Assembly: GCF_009914755.1 (NCBI RefSeq)
Contig: NC_060939.1
Length of the DNA: 64,000 nt
From: the human T2T-CHM13v2.0 reference genome, Homo sapiens
Reading direction: 5' to 3' (one strand)
Shown: piece by piece, positions 1 to 17,420 of the stretch
How positions within the stretch are numbered: position 1 is the stretch's first letter
How the letters are laid out: each line of letters opens with the position of its first letter
Notes under the pieces: generated by a model
Database searches by the model: none
What the model was told of the DNA's origin: nothing
Seen by the model: only the letters and a program-made list of their open reading frames with translations
Position numbers and translations under genes: made by a program

Positions 1-124
1 TGTTATATGTGGTCAAATGCAATTCTGAGAATAAGTTATTGCTGGGGGACGAGGCGCGGTATCAGAGAGGGCTGTTAGAGCTGGAACAATAGGAATCCTG
101 AATCCTGGGAGAATATATAAAGTC

Positions 125-645
125 AGTATTCCAGTTACCTACTGAAATGTAACAAACCACTCCAAACTTCATGGCATAAGGAAACAGCTTTTTATTATGC
201 TCAACAGTTTCTGTGGGTGAGGGATTCAGAAAGACTACGAGGAGGCAGGGGCATGCTGTCTGGCCTCACCTTGGAAGATGCAAAGGCTGGAAGTGTTTTG
301 AAGACTGAACACTGCAATCATGTGAAGGCCTGCCTGCTCACAGGCTGGAGGTCGATGCTGACTTATAAAGAAAGGCTTGTGCCTTTCCTGGAGAATCAGT
401 CTAAACAACTACCTGTGGCCTATTTGTGTGATTGCCTCCACTTCTTTACAACCTGGTGCTGCATTCTGAGTGCAAACATTCCAAGTGCGGCATCATCTTG
501 AATGGCCTAGCCATGGAAGTCACAAAGCATCACTTGTGCCATAGTCACCATCCTGTCATCCTGATGGAAGGAGTGTCAATATCACAGTAGAAGAGTATGT
601 GACATGGGAGATCTTGCCATGGCCATCTCAGAAAATACAACCAGC
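125..645 (-). mobile_element. MLT1-family (ERVL-MaLR) solo LTR
   Basis: Begins gtattccagttacctactgaaatgtaacaaaccactccaaacttcatggc, the reverse complement of an MLT1 3' end; ends ggccatctcagaaaatacaa. Confidence 0.7.
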
Positions 646-752
646 TCTGGCATTGGATGGAATTAACCAAACACCCAAAGGAATACTAAATTCTCTTTAG
701 GTTGCTTTGGACAAGAACAGGAAGAGAAGGCATAAAATATGATAAATACAAC

Positions 753-961
753 AGATATCGTCTGGTTCCATGTTCCCATCCAAATCTTACCTTGAATTGT
801 AATAATCCCCATGTGTCAAAGGTGGGACCAGGTGTAGGTAATTGGATCATGGGAGCAGTTTCCCTAGCCATGTGGAACTGTAAGCCAATAAAACCTCTTT
901 TCTTTATAAATTACCCAGTCTTTGGTATCTCTTCATAGAAGTGTGAGAAGGGACTAATACA
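753..961 (+). mobile_element. THE1C/D-like solo LTR with internal deletion
   Basis: 5' part (a)gatatcgtctggttccatgttcccatccaaatc; 3' part ataaattacccagtc...ggactaataca; 5-bp TSD acaac at 748-752 and 962-966; only 209 bp. Confidence 0.85.
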
Positions 962-1034
962 ACAACCTTTATCTTTTGAGTTTTTTTCAGTGTTACGTGT
1001 TTGTGAAAAAGATTTAAGATATTAATTAGTAACA

Positions 1035-1240
1035 CCATCCATTGGTTGAGATGTTCCTGTGGGCCAGGCATGATACTAAGCTGTTTACATGCATTGCCAC
1101 TTTTAATCTTCACAATAGCTAGGAGGTAAGAATTATCATCCCCAGATCACAGGTGAGGATCAAAAAAGTTGAATAACTGTCTCAGTCTCTATAAGAGCAG
1201 CATTGTCATTCAAATTCAAGTCTGCCAGTCTCTAATGCAT
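1035..1240 (-). mobile_element. MIR SINE
   Basis: gccaggcatgatactaagctgtttacatgcatt...tttaatcttcacaa...acaggtgagg, the antisense MIR core. Confidence 0.75.
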
Positions 1241-1756
1241 TTCTTCATACTTCTCATTTATATAAGAAACTGCACAGCCTATCTCTGCCCAGGCTGCTCA
1301 CGACTGACCTCTCATCAACCTATTTGGTCCCAGGTCATGCACTGTACTCTAATTCTTACAGCTATATCTCTGGCTTCTTACCAGCTCAGCTGCCTGTCTG
1401 TGGACCCCTTCACTTTTAGACCGTGGCTATGCACTGGGATTTCCAGCTGTGACTTTTCTCTGGTGTTCAGTGTCCACATTTGCTTCATGTGGGAACTTCC
1501 TACTCTAGCTCTCCCAGTTTGGAGATCGCTGCTTTGCCCTTTTTCTTCCTTTCAGAACAGGCAGAGATTTAGACACATGTAATAGCCTGGCAAAGCAAAC
1601 CTTTGTTGGAGCATTGCCAACTTGTAGTTTTCTTGCTCATTTATAAAGAAGACAGATCTCTTTCATGCAAGGGTAAGGTTTTAGTATCAAGTAATGAGCA
1701 TGGTCTTAAGAAGCAGTCAGAAGTGTTGGTTTAAAATTGTGAGAAAAGACATTTAG

Positions 1757-1916
1757 TGCAGTGCCTCTTAAACATTTAAGTTTCATCTGAAGAATTTGTT
1801 AAAATGCAGATCTGGGTGCATTAGGCCTCGGTAGGGCCTGAAAGTCTGTATTTCTAACCAGCTTCCTTAAGGAAGCTAATGCTGCAAGTCTGTGAATCAC
1901 ATGTTGAATAGGGAGG
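1757..1916. mobile_element. MER5-family hAT-Charlie MITE
   Basis: ttgttaaaatgcagat...gggcctgaaagtctgtatttctaaccagcttcc...gctaatgctgc. Confidence 0.7.
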
Positions 1917-1924
1917 CTCTGGGG

Positions 1925-2102
1925 CAGTGATTCTCAGCCTTGGCTGCACACTGGAATCACATGGGAAACTTTAAAAATGACTGACACCTGGATCTCACCC
2001 CCATAGATTCTGATTAAACTGATGTGGTATGTGGCCTGAGTGTTAGGATTTTGAAAACCTCATCAGGTGATTCTAATGTGGGGTTGAGGTTGCAAACTAC
2101 TG
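1925..2102. mobile_element. MER5-family hAT-Charlie MITE
   Basis: Terminal inverted repeats cagtgattctca...tgcaaactactg; 8-bp TSD ctctgggg (1917-1924) / ctccgggg (2103-2110). Confidence 0.85.
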
Positions 2103-2114
2103 CTCCGGGGGTTA

Positions 2115-2250
2115 CACTCATTCATTCATTGAAAAATTTATTGCGCACCTACTGTGGTCCAGGCTCAGCAGTGAGCTGCTAGGGATAAAACAATATACAA
2201 GAAACATACAGACTCTAGAAGGAGAAACAAATAATAAACAGAAGAACAAA
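2115..2250 (-). mobile_element. L2 3' end
   Basis: tcattcattcattgaaaaatttattgcgcacctactgtg, the antisense L2 tail. Confidence 0.75.
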
Positions 2251-2253
2251 CTC

Positions 2254-2902
2254 TGCTATGATTTGAATGTGTCCCCCAAAGTTCATGTGTTGGAAACTTA
2301 ATCCCCAATGCAACACTGTTGGGAGGTGGGGCCTAATAAGAAGTGTTTAGGTCATGAGGGCTCTAATCTCATGAATGGATTAATGTCATTATTGCAGGAG
2401 TAGGTTTGTTATTTATCAAGAGAGTGGCTTTGTTATAAAAGCAAGTTTGAAGGGTGAGCAGGGACAAGGAGGGAGGAAGAAGAGAGGTGAGTTAGTGGGC
2501 TAAAGGGTACACACAGTAATATAAAAAGAGTAAGTTCAATGTGTGCGAGCAGAGAAGGATGACTCTCCTTAACAAAAAATGTACTTGGGTAATGGACACT
2601 CTGAATATCCTGACTTGATTACTTTGCATTATATACATGTAACAAGTTTTCTCATGCACTCCATATATGTGCACAAATAAAAAATAAGCAACTTTGGCCC
2701 CCACTTGCTCCCTCTCTCTCACCATGTCTTGCCCATCTACATTCAACCATGGGCTGACACCAGCATAAAGGCCCTTGCCAGATGCTGGTGCCATGCTCTT
2801 GGACCTCCCAGCCTCCAGAACTGTGAGCCAAATAAATTTCTGTTTATTATGAGTTTCCCAGTCTCAGGTATTCTATTACAGTAGCCAAAATGGATGAAGG
2901 CA
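2254..2902 (+). mobile_element. MST-family (MSTC/D-like) MaLR solo LTR, interrupted by an L1 fragment
   Basis: tgctatgatttgaatgtgtcccccaaagttcatgtgttggaaacttaatcccc ... ccagcctccagaactgtgagccaaataaatttctg...ccagtctcaggtattct. Confidence 0.85.
2450..2685 (+). mobile_element. L1MA/L1PB-type 3' end nested in the MST LTR
   Basis: ctgacttgattactttgcattatatacatgtaacaag...acaaataaaaaat; TSD aagcaagtttg (2439-2449) / aagcaactttg (2686-2696). Confidence 0.8.
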
Positions 2903-2927
2903 CATTCCTAGTAAGATGTGTTAATTC

Positions 2928-7158
<4,231 letters not shown>

Positions 7159-7604
7159 CTAAATATTGCTTTAAAAATTTTTATAAATGTGATAGCTTCT
7201 TAGATATTTCTCTGTCCCATTATTGTTTTCCCCCATAGGAGATAGATTTTCTCCTTAATAAATTTTGTATCTATAAAAAAAAAAGATGTGTTAATTCAAT
7301 TTAAAGCAATGGTCGGACTGTGTATATGAAGTACAGTGTCCATTAAAAGAAACCCAACTCTAGAAGTATTGATTGTAGGCTCCTATACATTAGTGATTGT
7401 CTTATAAATTGTACCTATAATTAAGAATTATAAAATTGTTCATCTCTTTGGATACAATAGACTCTGTCTTAAGAATTCCTCCTGAATGGAGAGGAAAGAT
7501 AGAAGGGAAAAGCACTGTGCATTGATGCATAATTGAAAACAACCTAATAGGGAGAAAATTAGTTATGACCCAAAAAGTCTTTGAAATTTTGTGCACCTAT
7601 TGGA

Positions 7605-7720
7605 GTGTGAGCCCTATGAGGGCAAAAACCACACCCAACTTTTCATTTGCCTTAGAGCCAGAATTGAGCTCATGGCCTGGCACTTGCTAGAGTCTCAGGG
7701 AATATGTGCTAAATAAATTA
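7605..7720 (+). mobile_element. L2 3' end
   Basis: tgtgagccctatgagggca...gcctggcacttgctagagtctcagggaatatgtgctaaataaat. Confidence 0.6.
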
Positions 7721-8079
7721 TTTAAAAGTTATGATTTTATAAAATTTGAAGATATATAGATACATATATTATGATATTTGGTTAAAACTGGAATTATAAC
7801 ATTGTAAGTTCAATATGATTGCAACTATATCAACCTTAAATAATTTTTGAAACAAGCTGAGAGTGTAAATTTAGAACAGTATTGTCTTTAAAAGAATTCA
7901 AATCAGAAAACCATTAAAAATAAACCATTAAAAATAAAAGTTACTGTGTCAGACAAACACATTTACAGGTGATTTTTCTGGTTTTCACAATTTTTCCTGA
8001 ATATTTTTATAGAGATAAGTATCCACCCAGGTGAACAGAAATGTTCTTTTGATTCATGGCCTAACTGTATTCTGTTATA

Positions 8080-8292
8080 ATTCTCATGGCACACTTTTCT
8101 CCAGGGTTCTAATCACAATTTGTAATTATATATTTGAATGTTAAATGTGTGATTATTTGTTGAAAGTCAACCTCTGTTTCTAGACCAAAATCTTCATAGG
8201 AGCAAGGGCCATGTCTATTATGTCCTCTGCTGTGTTGTCAAGATCTGACATGATACAGAAACACAATAAATTTCTTGATATGAGTAAGTGGC
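8080..8292 (+). mobile_element. L2 3' region
   Basis: ctagaccaaaatcttcataggagcaagggccatgtc...caataaatttcttga. Confidence 0.6.
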
Positions 8293-8437
8293 TAATGAGG
8301 TACATTAGAAATAATTACTATTAAATTTTCTCAGGTCAACATCTTCTCCTCCATATATAATGCAAAACCTTGGAATCCCAACTTACTGTTTGTTCAAGTA
8401 CTTGATTAGAATAAATATGCCTTTTCAAGGAGAAACG

Positions 8438-8735
8438 GGCTGGGCACAGTGGCTCACGCTTATAATCCAGGACTTTGAGAGGTTGAGGTGGGAGGGTCAC
8501 TTGAGCCCAGGAGTTCAAGACTAGCCTGGGCAACATAGGGAGAGCCCAGTCTGTATAAAAAATTAAAAACAAATTTGTCAGGCATGGTGGCACATACCTA
8601 TAGTCCCAGCTACTCAGGAGGCTGAGGTGGGAGGATCGCTTGAGGCCAGAGGTTGAGACTGCAATGAGCTATGATCGATCATGCCACTCACTCTAGCCTA
8701 GGTGACACAGCAAGACCCTGTCTCAAATAAATAAG

Positions 8736-8769
<34 letters not shown>

Positions 8770-8788
8770 CATACATACAAAATAAAAT
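8438..8788 (+). mobile_element. AluJ with (TACA)n tail
   Basis: AluJ diagnostics cttgagcccaggagttcaaga and gaggatcgcttgag; tail has become (taca)n at ~8736-8779. Confidence 0.92.
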
Positions 8789-9029
8789 GGCCAAATTGAT
8801 GTGGAAGAGAACTGGTTTGTGCCTGGATGACAATACTGGCCATCATTCTACATTTTCACAACGGGTTATCCCTACACTGCCAGGTGTGATACCAAAAGTA
8901 TGGGATCCCTCTTTAATTAATAATGAGAACAGTCTTCAAATAACAAAATCTCTAGCATAAATTGACTATAATCCCAAAGCCACATGGATTCATTCACTAT
9001 TGAGAACCTCTCGGTTACCTAAGACCTCC

Positions 9030-9490
9030 CTGTGGAAGATCATCAGAAAGTAAGGATGTGCCATTCCCAGGAGCAAGTGGCCTGCAGTTCTTTCTTTCTC
9101 TTCTCCTCACTCTGTTCTGTATCTCAGGCTGCATTTTACTGGTTCTCATGGCAGATGACTTCTAGCTGAGTTCAGCCAATGGGAGGCAGCAGAAGGAGTT
9201 GGGAGGAGGAGCGGAGGAACACGGGTATTTATCTCCCCCTTTTTCTGCTTTGAGGGACAGCTCCAGTGGTAGCTGTCATTCTTCCAAGGTTCTAGACTTT
9301 CTCCCTTTATCTGTCCAGCCCTGGGGCAATAATGCCTTCCTGTTTCTGCTAACGCCGGAGCTGCTTACCCATTTCCAGTTGGACTTTGAGGCTTTCCCAT
9401 AGCCTGTAAGACAATTTCCCTGTATTATTTCTGTTTTAGAATAATCATAGTGTTTCTGTTTTCCTGGTTGGACCCTGATTGATTCGCACA
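9030..9490 (+). mobile_element. LTR33-like (ERVL) solo LTR
   Basis: cagccaatgggaggcagcagaaggagttgggagg...gggtatttatctcccc ... tctgttttcctggttggaccctgattgat. Confidence 0.65.
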
Positions 9491-10502
9491 TTATCTTAGC
9501 TCATTTTGAAATGGTTTTGATGGAGTTAAGACTTAATGTTATAATAACAGCTGTTTTAGAGAGGCAATCTAAAATTAATTAACATCTGAATAAAATTTCA
9601 TGTCATTTGCAAAATCTTGTTTAAAGAATCTATCCATAATTTTATTCTTCTAATATAGATCCCTGTAATTATTTCATCCTGGAATTCACAGCCAGAAAGG
9701 AGTTTGCCTGCAGACTGCAAGCTTCTTGCAGGCCGAACTTAGACTTCATTCTTCATAACCTTGGCACCAAGCACAGTGCACAGTATGTGGTGAGTATGAA
9801 ACAAACAAACACTTTTTTAAAAGCAGAAGATGAAATGGAGGGATTTTTACATTTCCTTTCGTCAGACATTAGAACTGTGCAACCTAAAATCTCTTTATTT
9901 TTTTCCCTACTTCATGGCTTCCGAGAAGCTATGAGATTATTTTTATATTCTACCAGAGTAACTAAATCGCCTTCGGTGCTTGAGGTTTGCCTATCTTCTT
10001 TAAATAATTTTGTTGTGTTCTAAAATTTTTTCAGTTTGTTTGGGTTTATAAGCTCCTTTACATTCCGCATAAACCCTTCATAAATGAGGACATCCAGAAA
10101 CCTGGAAAACCCCATGTTTAGCAGTAAGTAGCGGGGGAAGGTGAGCATTCTTGGAAGGCAGGCAGTCATGTCTAGTATTATTTACTCATCTATGTTTTCT
10201 GACTCTGTGTGTTTCACAGCATTTATTGATTTATAGAATGTCAATAAAATTATTCCAGTCATATATTTTCCTTCTAGGTAAGACCATATATAATTTAAAA
10301 TGTTGGCTGTTCTGTTTTTATAGCCAAAAGAGAGGTTTGCAACTTGATTATACAAGGTAGAGATCAAAGCTTTTTGTTTCTAATCTACAGGAGTATTTTC
10401 CATATGTCTTGACTTCAGGAACAGGAGGATTCTCTGTAGGAAGTTCAGTGAAATCTGTCACTCTCAGATTTTCTAAGAATGGAAGTGTTTAGATAAATAA
10501 TA

Positions 10503-10758
10503 TGAGCTAACCCTTATTGAGACCGTACAATATGTCCAACCTCTCTTTAAAGCACTGTTTGTCCATTAATTTATCGAATCTTCATGACAGCCCTATGCAG
10601 TAAATGCTATTAGTGTGTCCATTTTATAGATAAGAAAATTAAAGCAGAGAAAAATTCAGTAACCTGTCTAGCTCTCATTGCTTAATAACAAAGCAGATTT
10701 TAAACCAAGTCAATCTGACTTTAGAGTTTATGGTCTTAACCACAGCAATATGATGCTT
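10503..10758 (-). mobile_element. MIR, near full length
   Basis: aatcttcatgacagccctatgcagt...ccattttatagataagaaaattaaagc...tctgactttagagttt..tcttaaccac. Confidence 0.85.
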
Positions 10759-10919
10759 ATTAGAATTACTAGAAGTCTTAGACAGATATAGTTGTCTTCA
10801 GTAGAGATAAATATTTGCAGAGAGAATAAGACTGACACATTCATAATAGCATGCCAATTTAGATCAAATTGATCAATTATAAGATAGACCATAAAGAAAA
10901 AAAAACAGTAAATGGAATT

Positions 10920-11030
10920 ATTTTCACGTGATGAAATGAGAGAGCTGAGGCTCAGAGACATTTAGGGGTCTGCCTCAGGTCACACAGCTATTTAGTAGAA
11001 GGCTCAAGACCAGAGCCCTATAACCTAGCA
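10920..11030 (-). mobile_element. MIR fragment
   Basis: atgagagagctgaggctcagagacattt...tgcctcaggtcacacagcta. Confidence 0.7.
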
Positions 11031-11982
11031 CTTAGGACTCAGCTCATTGGAGACACCTGTAAATTAAGAGCCATGATGCAACAGACAAGTTAACTGTCTT
11101 GACTGTTAATCCCGAGCTCTTTCTGCTCTCCTTACACTTTCCTGCTTTGCATACAAAACATCACCTGCCTGAGCCAATGGAATGTCCCTTCTGAATAAAA
11201 AAATGTAATTTGTGTTTTTTGCGTATGTATATAATGCCTATATATTTCCCTTACAACGAAGCACATAGCTGGTGTTAAAGAGTTAAACACACACACAAAA
11301 AGGCATGAAGTTAAAAAAAAAAAAACAACAAAAAAAACCCAACATCCATATAGGGCCTTCTCATTGCTATAATGATATCAGTTGCAACAAGTCCAAGGCC
11401 CGACCTCATTACAAGGGTTTAATTGCATTGTTACACAGTCTCACTTCTCCTCTCTGGCCTCTTTCTCTTTATGACAGCTTTAGAAAGGAATTTCAGCTTG
11501 AGGTCAAAGGAAATTAATTACTGCTTTCTTAATCTGTGCTCATCTACATTTAGAAAACTTTGGGCTTTCCACCAGCATATTCTTGTCGCCTATTTGTATA
11601 AGACCCAAACTTATAAAAGTAACACCTCGGACCTTTGTTTAAAAAAAAAAAAAGGTGCGCAAAAGCACTTCGACAGCACATATTGAATATGTGTGGATCG
11701 CATCCCAAGAAAGCACCAGTCATAGAAAAGAAATTCCTGCCATTTAACAAAGATAGTAATGCGTTAAAAGTTGAGCATTATCTTACGTAGAAAATTGTAT
11801 TTAATAATTAGACTGAAGGCTATTAAACTGAAGTGTTAATAATGTAAATCTAGTAATGCCAGTAAATAAAAGTGATCTAAGACAAAGGCCCATGAGTAGG
11901 TATATTGATTAACAACAGGATGACATAGCTAGAGATTTAAACATGGCTTTGTGTGTAGCATCTCCATCTGCAATTGGTTTAA

Positions 11983-12343
<361 letters not shown>

Positions 12344-12500
12344 TGCATTAACGTTTTGAAATGTCCCTTCTCTTTCTCATTTCTCCATGGGTCAGGGAGA
12401 CATCAAGTCAATGGATGTAAAGATGGAAGGATTGGAAGTCCAGGTTCTAAAGGTCATCAATAAATATTAATTTAAAATCAATAACAAATGACTCCAAAGA

Positions 12501-12603
12501 CCCTCCCTGTGTCCATGTGTTCTAATTGTTCAGCTCCCACTTACGAGTGAGAACATGCTGTGTTTGGTTTTCTATTCCTGTGTTAGTTTGCTGAGGATGA
12601 TGG
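12501..12603 (-). mobile_element. Isolated internal L1PA fragment (ORF2 end / 3'UTR)
   Basis: ccctgtgtccatgtgttctaattgttcagctcccacttacgagtgagaacatgctgtgtttggttttct; no tail. Confidence 0.85.
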
Positions 12604-12999
12604 GGAAACCTAACTCTTTTGCCTTCTGCTCAGTTCTCTAGGTCTACCTTTATTTTCTCAATACATATGTATTTGAATTTCCAAAAAATTATGTAGCTGG
12701 TTGCCAAATATCCTTAATTAATGTGATTAGAACAAATGATGTACAGTTGTGTTAAGATTCAGTTTCAGAAGTTAGTGGTTATTACTATGAGTGTGTAGCT
12801 TTGTTGTGCACTTTCAGTAGGGATACAGGGTGGGTACTTAGATACTTTATAATGTTGTATAGGATGTTGAGTATGGTTTATAATGTTATCTCAAAATGGT
12901 GGTTAAGGGCAAAATTTGAGGGAGGGAGAGTTGTTCTCAATCCTAAGCCTCACCACTACCTGCCCCAGGCATACTGAGAGGCTGTTTACAGAACCAGGC

Positions 13000-13735
13000 T
13001 GATCATCCACCTGTTGGGTAAAGATCGGGATGCCTGAAAGAATGAGGGTGGCTGGGAGAGGCTGGTATTTTACTTCTCAGTTGGGTAGCCCATTAGCCAG
13101 GAGGATTACTGATTTATCCTTGGATTCCAGGACAAAGAATAGAGGAATTGAAGAGATAGCCATGTTGAGAGTAGGGTGGAGACGAAGCTGCTTGCACATA
13201 TACCTTCAACGTGACAAGAAAGTTTGAGTTTGATTAAATTGATGAAACATATGGAAGGTAGCTGGCTTTTCTATCCTGCTGACAGCCCACTTCAGAGAGC
13301 TGCCCAGCAGTGAGAAACAGAGAAATGACCCAGATTTGGCAGAAGCGGGGGAGGAATTTGGGAAAGACTGACAGGAAGGTTGTATCTCTTCTGAGATCTT
13401 TTCAAAACAAGCTGCCATGGTGCCTCTCACTTGAGCTTCCCTGTCCATGAGGAAGTGAGCATTTGGGTTCCTGCCATGCAGCCAGTCTAGTGGGAAGAGG
13501 CAGTGACACTCATCAAAGGGTGGATTGCAGTCTTGGCTAGTAAACTCGGGTCTATAGTCCCCTCTCTCTTTTTTTTTTTGACCCACAAACTGAAGGAACA
13601 GAGGGAAGGAGGGGTGTCAGGACTGGGTCACATATCACCACTCTCCATTCCAAACTCAAGATGTGCTTGAGTTGTGGGTGGAGATGGGAGAGGACATCTT
13701 TGAATTAAGTTTGAGATTGAGTAGCTTTGAGTCTT
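13000..13735 (+). mobile_element. Possible ancient MamGypLTR-like LTR
   Basis: gaattaagtttgagattga near the 3' end and purine-rich blocks; weak resemblance only. Confidence 0.3.
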
Positions 13736-13869
13736 AAAAATCCAAAAGAGAACAATTTAATACATTAAACAGGCTGAAGAATATGGAATCTGCACATGTG
13801 TACTGTTTTCTGCTAAGTATTCTGGGGAGCGTTAAGTCATCCATGGATCCTCTCCCCAAAAAGTTGAGG

Positions 13870-14330
13870 TATGGTAGGAAAGGAAACATTAAATCTATTT
13901 ACACAAGTAAGTGGAAAACAATAAAGCAGAGAGAAAGTCATGAGAAAAAAAACAAATGAAGTTTTAAGACTGTTTAGGGAATGAAGAGATTCTGTATTAT
14001 TTCAGGGATCAGAGTAAGTTTCACAGAAGAGGCAGAATTTGAGTTTAGGAGGATGGTAAAAATTTAAACACTTAGAACCTGGTAGGGATGATGTTCAGGC
14101 AAAGGATGAATCCAAGTGCAGCAGCAGAAGGACATGCTTATGGCCTGGGAGGAAGTGGTTTGGGTGGAACCACTTGAAAGTAAGAGATAAAAGAATATTT
14201 GGTCAGATGATAGAAAGCCTTGAGTGTCATTCTAGGCAGAGTAGATTATAATTTGGGCAATGAAAAGTCTTTGGAGTTTCTAACCTGGGCATTATTATGA
14301 AATAGATGAGGCAGCTTTTGTCAGAGGCAA
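13870..14330 (-). mobile_element. L2
   Basis: gtttcacagaagaggcagaatttgagttt; ggtcagatgatagaaagccttgagtgtcattctagg. Confidence 0.7.
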
Positions 14331-14419
14331 ATAGTCTGGAAGCTGCCAGTCGCTGACCTTCAAAGCCTGAGAGTTGTGGAGATGAATATCTCAATATACG
14401 TGTAGCAAACCTAGCCCAC

Positions 14420-15350
14420 TGTGCCCACTCTGTGTCAGGCACAGTTTAATTGTTGGAATACAAAAATGAGCTGAAGATAAAATTCCCTGCTCTTCCATTC
14501 TAATATGGGAAGTAGAAAATGAAAGAACACCTTTATATGATAATGCCGGGAGTGATGAGTGCTAGGTAGAATAAAGGAAAGAGTGTGGTGGTAGGCAGTG
14601 TTCCTCCCCAGAAGTGTGACACTCATGGTGGCCTGAGTGAAGTCGTGAGATAAAGATCAAGAGGATTCTAGTAACACAGGTTTGAACTGTTTGAGGAACC
14701 ACAAGAAGAGCCATGAGGCTGTACGAGAGAGTGAAGCAGAGAATGGTAGGAGATAAAGTTGCAGTTGTAATCAAGGTCAGAGCATGTGGAGTTTGGCAGC
14801 TTATAATAAAATGTTTATTTTGCATGCAATGGAAAGGCAGTGAAGATGTTTGAACAGTAGAGTGACATGGGCGAATTTATGTTTTCCAAAGATCATCTGC
14901 TGTGGGAGAATAGACTGTATTGGGCAAGAGAAGAAGAAAGGGGACACTTTAGGGGGTCTGTGACCATGGTCCAGGTTTGCGCCAGGCTGTTAGCAATCGC
15001 AGTGGAGAGAAGTGGCTGGATTTAAGAAATGCTTTGAAAGTGAGAATAAAAGGAATTGAGAGAAACTAGAGTTGGAATATGAGAAGAAGAGAGACATCTG
15101 ACTGATTTTTACATTTTTTGTCTTGAAAATGAAATGAATACTTGCTGAGATGTGGAAGTTTAAGGACAAAGTGCATTTGGAGTAAGGGTTTGAGGTACTT
15201 TTTAAACATTCAAATGGAAATATCGGGCCAGAAATTGGATATGCAGATCTGAGAGAGTGGAGAGGACAGGAATGGAGTTGTGAATTTTGGAACCTACCTT
15301 CCTACAGTATTTAAACCAGAGACTAGAATGAAAGAATTTAATATAAAGTG
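14420..15350 (-). mobile_element. L2 (L2a-like)
   Basis: cccactctgtgtcaggcacag...gagtgacatgggcgaatttatgttttccaaagatcatctgctg...gagaagtggctggattt. Confidence 0.8.
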
Positions 15351-15575
15351 AAGATAAAAAATAAAAGAAAGAGGAACTAATATTTGTTTTAATCCTGCTA
15401 ATTGTCAAGCTTTATACTAGTAAAGATGCTTTTACTACATAGTATCATAAGGTAGATATTATTAGTCCCCATTTAATGTTGAGGAAATTGGGGTCTTAAA
15501 GATGTTAAGTAGCTCAAAAATTATGTAGCATGAAAGTGAAATAACTGGGATTCTGTTCCAGATCTTCTTGATGCC

Positions 15576-15935
15576 TATATTAGTCTGTTCTCATATTGCT
15601 AATAAAGGCATACCCCAAACTGGGTAATTTATAAAGGAAAGAGGTTTAATTGACTCACAGTTCCACATGGCTAGGTAGGCCTCACAGTCATGGCGGAAGG
15701 CAAATGAGGAGCAAAGTCACGTCTTACACGGCAGCAGGCAAGAGAGCTTGTGCAGGGGAACTCCCATTTATAAAACCATCAAATCTCATGAGACTTATTT
15801 ACTACCAACCATCAGAATAGTATGAGGGAATCTGCCCCCAAGATTCAATAATCTCCACCTGGCCCCACCCTTCACACATGGGGATTATTACAATTCAAGG
15901 TGAGATTTGGGTGGGGACACAGCCAAGCCATATCA
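15576..15935 (-). mobile_element. THE1C/D solo LTR
   Basis: tattagtctgttctc...gggtaatttataaaggaaagaggtttaattgactcacag...gagatttgggtggggacacagccaagccatatca; TSD atgcc/ttgcc. Confidence 0.92.
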
Positions 15936-16704
15936 TTGCCTACTTAGGCCACAGGTGACACAACTTTAGACCAGTAGCGATGAGTGCAGGAGATGGGGAA
16001 AAACCACGTTATGCAAGCAGTTAAAGATAACAGAGATTTGAAGCTTAAGCAAGTGACAAAATAGTGAACACTCTCTAGAATCAGAAAATTCTATGTTTTT
16101 CCTGAAGTCAGAGTCTCCTTTTCCATGTTTTGCTTTGAACCACCTTGTGGAGCTATGAACTGATGTATTCGTGGGAAGGGAGTTCATGCTGCATATGCCA
16201 TGTCCACATGGTGGTGATGTGCCATGCCAGTGACTTAAAACTTGCCAATAATTGATGTGTGGCTTTACAAATAATCAGCTCATAAATGATCCTTGATATT
16301 GCCCACTCTAAAGGTAGGGGCTAAATTCCTCCAGTAAAAGAGAGTCTCCCATTGCTCAGTGGCAGTTTCTTAAGATTTATGTGGAGTTCTGAAAACTTTG
16401 AAGAAAATTCCTTCCAGATTGTCTTCAGAGAATGTTTCTGACGTTTCAGAGTAGTCCTGGTAACATCTGGGTAAAACGAGTCACTTATTCATATCTTACA
16501 CTTTCTGTGTTAGCATAAGGTTGCCTTAATACACAACCACACTGTGATCCACTACATTCTGTTCTTCTACTCAATTTCTGATGCCTACATCTCATTTAAT
16601 CCCTTGGTGGCACCTAAGTTTAATGACATTGCATCTTATTAATGATGTCTTTCCAGCTGACATTGTAAACTAAAATTTTTGTATAATTTCTTGAGAATTT
16701 AAAC

Positions 16705-16909
16705 CTGGGCTTTGTAGTGTGTTAGCCCTTAGCCACGTGTGGTTATTTATACTTAATTAAAGTTAAATGAAATGTAAAATGCTGACCCTTGGTCACACCA
16801 TCCCCATTTCTAGTACTCAACAGGAACATATGGCTAGTGTCTACTCTTTTGGACAGACAGGAAGTAGAATATTTTGACCATCAGAGAAAATTTCTATTGA
16901 ACAGGACTG
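16705..16909. mobile_element. MER3 hAT-Charlie MITE
   Basis: tagccacgtgtggtta...tactcaacaggaacatatggctagtg...tttctattgaacaggactg. Confidence 0.75.
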
Positions 16910-17124
16910 TTTTTAAAAAGCCCCAATGTTCTGTTCATTTACCTCACACGTTCCCTGTTTTGTAAATAAGTCAACTCTATAAGAACTTGGTTCTTTGTGG
17001 CAATTGATCCAAATTCCCCTTCCGTATCTCAGACACACACACCTGTCCCAATATGACCAAAGTTCTGTTAATATCATTCAGAACAACCAGAAATAGAAAG
17101 GTAGCAGCCAATGGTAACCCACAA

Positions 17125-17420
17125 TGGCTGATGGCTGAGCAAGGGGAACATGACTCACAAGTGGAATGTTGCAGCTAAAAGGGCACACAAAGGTGGAGTA
17201 GTAGTACAGGAAGGAGGAATGCAATTAGGAGGTAATCATTACCTTGGTAGAAGCTGTAGATTCTTAGATTCTAATCTTAACTGAATAGCTTGAATGAGAT
17301 GGAGAAAATGTGAAATTGGCACAGAAGCGTGCAAAGGAGTCATTTAAATACTTAGAATTCAGGAGTGGTTCACATAGGTCAATGCGTTTAAAGCTGATTT
17401 GCCTGGAAGAGAGACTCAAA
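17125..17420 (+). mobile_element. L3/CR1 LINE ORF2 fragment
   Basis: gaacatgactcacaagtggaatgttgcagctaaaagggc and tttgcctggaagagagact resemble the CR1 ORF2 3' part. Confidence 0.5.
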
